From an uncultured Mycoplasma sp. (lineage in GTDB: Bacteria > Bacillota_I > Bacilli_A > RF39 > UBA660), in NCBI GenBank assembly GCA_964616405.1, contig CAZTRE010000006.1:1-45941 (forward strand): 45,941 bases of DNA. The letters run 5' to 3'. This document shows positions 39,792 to 45,941 of this stretch, one piece after another. Under the pieces are notes generated by a model. It saw nothing but the letters and a program-made list of their open reading frames with translations, was not told where the DNA came from and searched no databases. Every line of letters begins with the position of its first letter. Within the stretch, counting starts at the first letter, position 1. The translations under genes were made by a program, and so were the position numbers.

Positions 39792-40409
39792 ATGGAAAAG
39801 TTGACTGCTAGACAAGAATACATTTTACAAATAATCAAAAAATTAGTTGCTACTAATGGTTATCCACCAACAGTTAGAGAAATCGGAGAAAAAGCGAACT
39901 TGCATTCGCCCGCAACCATACATTTTCATTTAACAAAATTAGAGGAAAAAGGCTACATTAGAAAAGGAAATAGTAAAAACAGAACTATTGAAATTCTAGT
40001 TCCAAACGAATTTATTGAAAAAGAGGAAAACGTTGTTGATGTACCACTTCTAGGAAAAGTAACAGCTGGTACACCAATCGAAGCCATTGAAACACCAAAT
40101 GAATATTTCACTTTACCTGCTAACCTAGTTAGTACAAAAAATGAAGTATTTACTCTACGTGTTAGTGGTGAATCAATGATCAATGTCGGTATATATGATG
40201 GAGACATTTTAATCGTCGAAAGAAAAAACACAGCTAGAAACGGTGAAACTGTTGTTGCAATGAATTCGGACAACGAAGCAACGGTAAAAACATTCTATAA
40301 AGAAGATGGTTATTTTAGACTACAACCTGAAAATGACACGATGGACCCAATCATTTTAAAAGAAGTAACAATTCTAGGAAAAGTTATTGGCCTATATCGT
40401 AAATTATAA
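39792..40409 (+). CDS. lexA: SOS repressor LexA
   Basis: GYPPTVREIG HTH, Ala-Gly cleavage site (VTAG.P), GESM Ser and ATVK Lys. Confidence 0.97.
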   Translation: MEKLTARQEYILQIIKKLVATNGYPPTVREIGEKANLHSPATIHFHLTKLEEKGYIRKGNSKNRTIEILVPNEFIEKEENVVDVPLLGKVTAGTPIEAIETPNEYFTLPANLVSTKNEVFTLRVSGESMINVGIYDGDILIVERKNTARNGETVVAMNSDNEATVKTFYKEDGYFRLQPENDTMDPIILKEVTILGKVIGLYRKL

Positions 40410-40439
40410 AAAAATAAGTGAACCCTCACTTATTTTTTT
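40408..40439. terminator. Bidirectional terminator
   Basis: AAAAAAATAAGTGA-ACCC-TCACTTATTTTTTT. Confidence 0.8.
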
Positions 40440-40488
40440 GTATAAGAAACTATAAAACAATACAGAAGCAAATCTAAATATTTAGCTT

Positions 40489-40854
40489 TTACCTAAAATC
40501 ATCTTCGCTATATAATTTACATTGTTCCTTGGACCAGGCAGGTGAACAAACAACTGCAATTTTAAAATCGCCATCCCAATAGTATATATCTTTTTTATTT
40601 ATAAAAATAATATCTCCCTTTTTAAAACCAACTGGTTCTCTACCTCTTGTGCATATAATTCCTTGACCATCTAAAATATAACATAGCTCCTCAACCTCTA
40701 AATTAGAACAATATCCCTCCATAGGATATCTTCCCGAAATTGTATTTATACAAAAATCCATATTTTTCTCATTTAAAGTAAAACTATAATCTAAAACAGA
40801 ACAAGTATTACCAAATTTATATTTCTCTGCATTTTCTGTTCTTACAATCTTCAT
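40489..40854 (-). CDS. Cupin-domain protein
   Basis: GRYP, EELCYILDGQG, KKGDIIFI and C.PAW. Confidence 0.8.
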   Translation of the reverse strand: MKIVRTENAEKYKFGNTCSVLDYSFTLNEKNMDFCINTISGRYPMEGYCSNLEVEELCYILDGQGIICTRGREPVGFKKGDIIFINKKDIYYWDGDFKIAVVCSPAWSKEQCKLYSEDDFR

Positions 40855-41066
40855 TTAATTTTCTCCTCAAAGTTTCTAATTTAATGATATTATATCATAT
40901 TCGCAAAAATATAAAAGCAATATTTATTATTAATTATTTTTAATATATCAAACTTTTTTTAGAAAATAATAAATTAATAATAAAATCACTTTAAATTATT
41001 GTGGATATACCTAAAAATAAAATTTCTAATATAAAATTTAACTAAAAAAAGCAAATAGTCTCATCA

Positions 41067-41768
41067 CTATTTGCTTTTATTTATAAATTCTCTAACTATA
41101 TAACTTCCTATTAACAATCCAGCTGCTGCCGGAACAAAAGCTGTCGAACCAGGAGTTCTCTCCCCTGTCTTAACAGGTAATTCGCTTGATGATAAAACCA
41201 TTATTTTTTTATTAATTTTTTCATCTTTAATAAACTTCCTCATAATTTTTGCTAATGGATCATTAACAGTTTTTCTTAAATCCATTATCTCAAGTTTACT
41301 AGAATCAAGTTTATTTCCTGTTCCCATGCTTGAAATTAAATTAATATTGCGCATCACACATTCCTTAATAATCGCCTTCTTAGTAGAAATAGTATCACAG
41401 GCATCCACAAAGAAATCAATATCAAAGTTAAACAACTCATCAATTTCGCCTTCTCCAATAAACTTATCTATTTTAATAACTTTACACTCACTATTAATTT
41501 CTTTTATTCTCTGTTCCAAAGCATCAACTTTTTTCATTCCAATAGTAGATTCTAACGCAATAATTTGTCTATTAATATTAGACTCATCAATCGTATCAAA
41601 ATCAACAATTATTAAGGTCCCAACTCCAGATCTTGCCAAAGACTCACATACATAACCACCGACTCCGCCAACACCTAAAACCAAAACGCATTTTTTACTA
41701 ATTTCCAAAAAATCATCTTTGCCAATAACTTTTATAAGTCTTTCAAATCTATGCAGCTTGTCCAACAT
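41067..41768 (-). CDS. tcdA: tRNA threonylcarbamoyladenosine dehydratase (ThiF family, YrvM/TcdA)
   Basis: GVGGVG, ESLARSGVG, SNINRQ, SSMGTGNK and DPLAK. Confidence 0.9.
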   Translation of the reverse strand: MLDKLHRFERLIKVIGKDDFLEISKKCVLVLGVGGVGGYVCESLARSGVGTLIIVDFDTIDESNINRQIIALESTIGMKKVDALEQRIKEINSECKVIKIDKFIGEGEIDELFNFDIDFFVDACDTISTKKAIIKECVMRNINLISSMGTGNKLDSSKLEIMDLRKTVNDPLAKIMRKFIKDEKINKKIMVLSSSELPVKTGERTPGSTAFVPAAAGLLIGSYIVREFINKSK

Positions 41769-42570
41769 TAACATCTCCCTTAGACACATTAGTTTTAACA
41801 AATTGCTTTTGTCTTTGATGTTGTGACCTTATTAAATTTAGTGGCTTAGCATACACTAACTTATTTATATATGACAATTTAGAATAAATATCTCGATTAT
41901 CACAAGCCATATTATAATAACTATTCATATTCCTAGATTCTCTCGTATTAACTTTACTCAAAGAATTCAAAATTGACATAAATTGTTCTTCATTAATAGA
42001 ACTATTAGGAACGACAGTTCCTTCAAAACTTCTGAAAAAATTAAGTGTTTCTACTAAATCAGCCACCCCCTCTTGATTAAATAAAGCATCCCATTGTGAC
42101 GTATCTTTAACATTCTTAACGATATTTTCTATCTTTTCTATTTTTGCATCTGTTAAATGACTGCCTACACCAAGTGCCTTTAATGATAAATAACGACCAC
42201 GATCATGTCCTGGAATATCTTTTCTTAAATCAGTAATTGTACTAGCATATAAATTATCTAATCCCTCAGTTACTTTTTTAGGAGGTTGTTCCACCTCATA
42301 TACATCATAAGCATTAGAACTAGATTCTTCCCTTGTGGTTACTAAATAATTCTTACGACTTCTAATTGAACTGTTTCTAATAAAATCTACTATTGCACTT
42401 TTACTTTTATCATCCTTATATAACGATTCTGAAAAATGTTTTCCGTTAACAATAACTTCGCTTTCTATAGCATCAGAAAACCTAATCCCCGATTTTACTT
42501 TATGGGCCGTTTTAAGTTTTACTTCTACATGTAAAATTCTCCCTTTATTTATAATTGGAAGGATTAACAT
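41749..42570 (-). CDS. Orphan hypothetical protein overlapping the tcdA start
   Basis: 273 aa ORF with GAGGTGG RBS and own promoter. Confidence 0.75.
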   Translation of the reverse strand: MLILPIINKGRILHVEVKLKTAHKVKSGIRFSDAIESEVIVNGKHFSESLYKDDKSKSAIVDFIRNSSIRSRKNYLVTTREESSSNAYDVYEVEQPPKKVTEGLDNLYASTITDLRKDIPGHDRGRYLSLKALGVGSHLTDAKIEKIENIVKNVKDTSQWDALFNQEGVADLVETLNFFRSFEGTVVPNSSINEEQFMSILNSLSKVNTRESRNMNSYYNMACDNRDIYSKLSYINKLVYAKPLNLIRSQHQRQKQFVKTNVSKGDVNVGQAA

Positions 42571-42600
42571 AAACACCACCTCTTGCCGTCTTGCATGCCT

Positions 42601-42629
42601 ATTATATCAAAATGTATTTATTTATGCAA
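42601..42629 (-). promoter_or_regulatory. SigmaA-like promoter
   Basis: TTGCAT-17bp-TATAAT with TG extension. Confidence 0.75.
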
Positions 42630-42636
42630 CAAAAAA

Positions 42637-42814
42637 GTCAGATGAGAACGTCCTGGCGTACGATAAAACCTGTCCATTGTCCAGGTGGGTGTCCGTACGT
42701 TATCATTAGGATCCTTACTAAAAATAAGTAAGTCTTCAACACCAATAACTGATCAAGACTCCCGTATCGCTCATTTAGTCGGTTTTAATTAAGTCGGTGT
42801 CGTATCTCTCTGAC
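42637..42814 (-). ncRNA. ssrS: 6S RNA
   Basis: About 178 nt, GC-enriched; ends pair (GTCAGA...TCTGAC); GGGAG and CACCCACCTG motifs; lies between aspS and tcdA as in Bacillus; TG-TATACT upstream. Confidence 0.85.
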
Positions 42815-42900
42815 AATTATAGTATATCACATCATTTATATCTCAAGCAACATTTTTCACTTAATTAACCCTCAAACATAAAATACTATAGGTGATTTAT

Positions 42901-43659
42901 ATGTACATAACTTTAAATAATCTTACCTTCTATTATGAAAAATATGGTACCCATGAAAAAACCATCTTAATTTTACCAGGTTGGGGTAACACTAGAGAAA
43001 CTTTTCGCTATATGATTAATGAATTAAAAAATAATTATACAATATATATTATAGACTATCCTGGGTTAGGATTAAGCCCTGTTCCAGACAAAACTTTAAC
43101 TCTATATGATTATGCCGAGTTGATTATTGCTTTTATGAAAGAATTAAATATTGAAAATCCAACTATCATCGCTCACTCCTTTGGAGGTAGAATTACCTCT
43201 CTTCTAGCTGGATATTATAAAATAAAGCTAGATAAATTAGTATTAATTGACATTGCCGGAATCAAACCACGTAAAAAGCTAAAACTTTTAGTTAAGCAGA
43301 CTATCTACAAATTACTAAAAAGATTAACTAAGTTACTTCCTAAACTAAAACAAGAAACTTACAGGCAAAAACTTCTAAAGATATTTGCCTCATCTGATTA
43401 TAGTGCCTTACCAGCTGGTATGCATGAAACATTTAAAAACGTCATCAAAGAAGACTTAAGTAAATACTTTAAACAAATTTCCAATGAAACCATTCTGCTT
43501 TGGGGTAACCTAGATCAGGATACCCCACTCTACCAAGCTTATAAAATCAAAAAACTCATTAAATCATCTGCACTAATCATTTTAAAAGATGCCAATCACT
43601 TTTCTTATCTAAACTATCCAGTATTAACCAATAATATAATTAAGACATTTCTCAACTAA
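42901..43659 (+). CDS. Alpha/beta hydrolase
   Basis: LPGWG, D.PG.G.S, AHSFGG nucleophile elbow, WG..D..TP and H. Confidence 0.9.
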   Translation: MYITLNNLTFYYEKYGTHEKTILILPGWGNTRETFRYMINELKNNYTIYIIDYPGLGLSPVPDKTLTLYDYAELIIAFMKELNIENPTIIAHSFGGRITSLLAGYYKIKLDKLVLIDIAGIKPRKKLKLLVKQTIYKLLKRLTKLLPKLKQETYRQKLLKIFASSDYSALPAGMHETFKNVIKEDLSKYFKQISNETILLWGNLDQDTPLYQAYKIKKLIKSSALIILKDANHFSYLNYPVLTNNIIKTFLN

Positions 43660-43686
43660 AAAGGAACACTTTATTTGTGTTCCTTT
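43658..43686. terminator. Bidirectional terminator
   Basis: AAAGGAACAC...GTGTTCCTTT. Confidence 0.75.
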
Positions 43687-44320
43687 ATTTCATATATTCG
43701 ACATCTATTTTCCCATGATAATGACCACTTGCATCTTCACTACTCCAAACTTGTAATACATGACTAACTTTATCATTATTCGAAATAACGCCTTGCATCA
43801 AAAGATATCTGCCATCTGTATATACCTCAGCCAAACTAGTCATTTTACTTCCATCAATACTAAAGTATATCTTCTTTTTATCCATTTCTTTATCAAAGCA
43901 ATCATCATATTTGATCATATCAACATAATCATCTAAATAAATAGCGTACCAACTATTATCATCTTTATTATTACTAATAGTAAACTCTGTTTTAAAGGTT
44001 TGAATCTCTTTTTCTTCAGAAATAAAGTCAATAACGTCTCCCATTCCATCATCATCACCAATATACCGAACAACAAACGCTTTATTATCATTATCAGCCT
44101 TAGTATCCTTAGCTATACCAGCAAACATAAAATAACTGCAGACAAACAAGGCTACTAAAATAATTGAGGATATTACCGCAACAATTCGTCTTTCATTCAC
44201 CTTGACTTTTTTTATAGAATGTAAAATATCTACATCAGAATTCCTTTTAATTTCTTTAATTGAAACTTTTCTATCATTAACAGTATCATCATTAACCTTT
44301 ACTTTTTTCATCCTATTCAC
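43685..44320 (-). CDS. Membrane-anchored hypothetical protein
   Basis: Charged N-terminus, one TM helix and a beta-rich external domain. Confidence 0.7.
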   Translation of the reverse strand: MNRMKKVKVNDDTVNDRKVSIKEIKRNSDVDILHSIKKVKVNERRIVAVISSIILVALFVCSYFMFAGIAKDTKADNDNKAFVVRYIGDDDGMGDVIDFISEEKEIQTFKTEFTISNNKDDNSWYAIYLDDYVDMIKYDDCFDKEMDKKKIYFSIDGSKMTSLAEVYTDGRYLLMQGVISNNDKVSHVLQVWSSEDASGHYHGKIDVEYMK

Positions 44321-44381
44321 CGTCTCTACTCTATAATAAGTATAACAAATTTATTTAAAATGTTAAACACCTAAATCAAAG

Positions 44382-44411
44382 AAAAAGTTACTACATAAAA
44401 TAGTAACCTTT
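44382..44411 (-). terminator. Terminator after aspS
   Basis: GTTACTA...TAGTAAC stem with a T-run. Confidence 0.65.
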
Positions 44412-44421
44412 ATTCAATAAT

Positions 44422-45738
44422 TTAAGGATTTAATCTATTAGGTCCCCTAAATAAGAATTGGGTTTCTTTGACACTAGGGATTCCTAATAATAGCATAGTA
44501 AGTCTATCTATTCCTATAGCAAATCCACCATGTGGAGGGCACCCATATTTGAAAAAGTCTAAATAGAATTCAACATCTTTTTCTAATCCTTTTTCCATAG
44601 CCGACTTCTTAATGTGTTCATAACGATGTTCTCTTTGAGCACCTGTTGTAATTTCTACACCACGCCACAATAAATCATACCCCATTAAATGGCCTTCTTC
44701 ATCTCTCATATGATAAAAAGCACGTTTTTCAGCAGGAAAATCAATAACAAATAAATATTCATGATCAAACTTATCTTTTGACAATTTATAACAAAGTCTT
44801 TCTGCTTCTGTAGTTAAATCATTCTTCTCGCTATCATCAACTTTATATCCATAACGCTCTTCCAATTCCTTATAAATATCTGCTAATCTCATAGCTGGGA
44901 ATGGTAATTTAGGAACAACAAGTTTTTCTCCAAATACTTCTTTTATTTTTTCTCCATATTTTAAATTAGTCTTTTCTAAGGCATAAGTAAGCATTTCAGC
45001 CTCTAAATTCATTACATCTTCATAACTATTTATATATGAGAACTCTACATCAAAACTAGTAAACTCCGTCGCATGACGACTAGTATTTGAATTTTCTGCT
45101 CTAAATGCAGGTGCAACCTCAAAAATTTTATTAAATCCAGCTGCCATAGCCATTTGTTTATAAAATTGTGGACTTTGCGCTAAATAAGCCTTGCGGTCAA
45201 AATATTTTACCTCAAAAACATCAGATCCGCTTTCACTGGCTGTCGCAATAAACTTAGGAGTATGAATTTCTGTGAAATCATGTTCATATAAATACTCCCT
45301 CATATATCTAACAAGACAACTCTGCACCTGAAACATAAAAATATTTTTATCATTTCTTAAATCTATGAATCTATAATCAAGTCTTGTATCTAAATTAACC
45401 CCTTCTGGTTTTCTAAAATTAAAAGGTAATTCTCCATCACTTCTACTAGTAACAGAAATAGTATCAGGAATAAGTTCCATACCATTCAATTTAACCTTAG
45501 GGGAATCCATTAATGTACCAGTAATAGAAACGGTACTTTCTAAAGGTAAATTACTGATTAACTCAACTAAATCTTTATTTTTTTCTTCACTTTTCTCAAC
45601 AGTTATTTGAATCTTACCATAATTATCACGTAAAATTATAAACTGAACCCATTGTAAATCACGTATATTATCAATAAACCCATTTAACTCAATTTTTTCT
45701 CCAATATGTTTTCTTAATTCTTCAACTATTAATTCCAT
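44422..45738 (-). CDS. aspS: Aspartate--tRNA ligase, short archaeal-like (often non-discriminating) type
   Basis: 438 aa; OB-fold FIILRD, LAQSPQFYKQ, FRAENS...RH..EF and PPHGG..GIDRL; no bacterial GAD insertion. Confidence 0.92.
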   Translation of the reverse strand: MELIVEELRKHIGEKIELNGFIDNIRDLQWVQFIILRDNYGKIQITVEKSEEKNKDLVELISNLPLESTVSITGTLMDSPKVKLNGMELIPDTISVTSRSDGELPFNFRKPEGVNLDTRLDYRFIDLRNDKNIFMFQVQSCLVRYMREYLYEHDFTEIHTPKFIATASESGSDVFEVKYFDRKAYLAQSPQFYKQMAMAAGFNKIFEVAPAFRAENSNTSRHATEFTSFDVEFSYINSYEDVMNLEAEMLTYALEKTNLKYGEKIKEVFGEKLVVPKLPFPAMRLADIYKELEERYGYKVDDSEKNDLTTEAERLCYKLSKDKFDHEYLFVIDFPAEKRAFYHMRDEEGHLMGYDLLWRGVEITTGAQREHRYEHIKKSAMEKGLEKDVEFYLDFFKYGCPPHGGFAIGIDRLTMLLLGIPSVKETQFLFRGPNRLNP

Positions 45739-45750
45739 CTATATTTTCTC

Positions 45751-45941
45751 CTATTCATGCTTACATTTGCATTCATGACCTTCTTCATCGCAATGACATT
45801 CATGGCCTTCTTCACCACAATGACATTCATGTTCTTCATCACTACAGTGGCAATTATCTCCACAGTCGCAACCATCATCACAACCGCACTCATCTGTATT
45901 TAATTTTTCATCTAAATAATAAATTAATACATCCAAACTAA
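45751..45941 (-). CDS. 3' end of a gene cut by the window edge (probably hisS) with a Cys/His/acidic tail
   Basis: Frame is open to the edge; SLDVLIYYLDEKL resembles the last helix of HisRS; 12 bp upstream of aspS. Confidence 0.5.
   Translation of the reverse strand, partial: SLDVLIYYLDEKLNTDECGCDDGCDCGDNCHCSDEEHECHCGEEGHECHCDEEGHECKCKHE
45757..45840 (-). repeat. 27-nt tandem coding repeat (EEGHECHC-like)
   Basis: About three copies: DEEHECHC / GEEGHECHC / DEEGHECKC. Confidence 0.75.

Noticed and set aside
40855-41066. AT-rich intergenic stretch as a possible ncRNA
   Set aside because: Only a promoter-like element for the cupin gene is visible, with no structured GC-rich element.
1135-41655. 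Short antisense or overlapping ORFs from the track (1135, 3209, 5006, 5744, 9359, 9832, 10640, 18894, 22110, 23933, 24867, 25347, 29644, 32696, 34372, 39953, 41326)
   Set aside because: They lie opposite well-supported genes and show no family motifs, so they are shadow ORFs.
42637-42814. Riboswitch, T-box or novel ncRNA
   Set aside because: Length, end pairing, motifs and synteny fit 6S RNA better.
1-45941. Mollicute genetic code 4, CRISPR array, tRNA or rRNA genes
   Set aside because: TGA terminates conserved genes such as murG, murE and yqeG at the expected ends; no repeat-spacer arrays or cloverleaf sequences were seen.

Overview
A 46 kb AT-rich chromosomal window from a spore-forming Bacillota bacterium. 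The gene content resembles the uncultured gut Bacilli of the RF39 type (inference). It uses the standard genetic code, with TGA as stop. The backbone is housekeeping, mostly on the minus strand: class B PBP, nfo, dnaG-sigA-trmK, yqeG-yqeH, an uninterrupted pro-sigK, murE, murG-murB-divIB-ftsA-ftsZ, tmcAL-gmk, pyk, polA-mutM, lexA with SOS boxes and a divergent small membrane gene, tcdA, 6S RNA, a short-type aspS and the probable 3' end of hisS. Interspersed are four type IV pilin-like genes, several sporulation-type genes and promoters, and about seven orphan genes. Most orphans have their own sigmaA-like promoter and end in a basic K-x-hydrophobic-x-K-like tail. One carries a transglutaminase-like Cys-His core plus a PxLPxR motif. 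These orphans are the best candidate for an undescribed system, possibly exported effector-like proteins, but this is inference. No tRNA, rRNA, CRISPR array or mobile element was seen.
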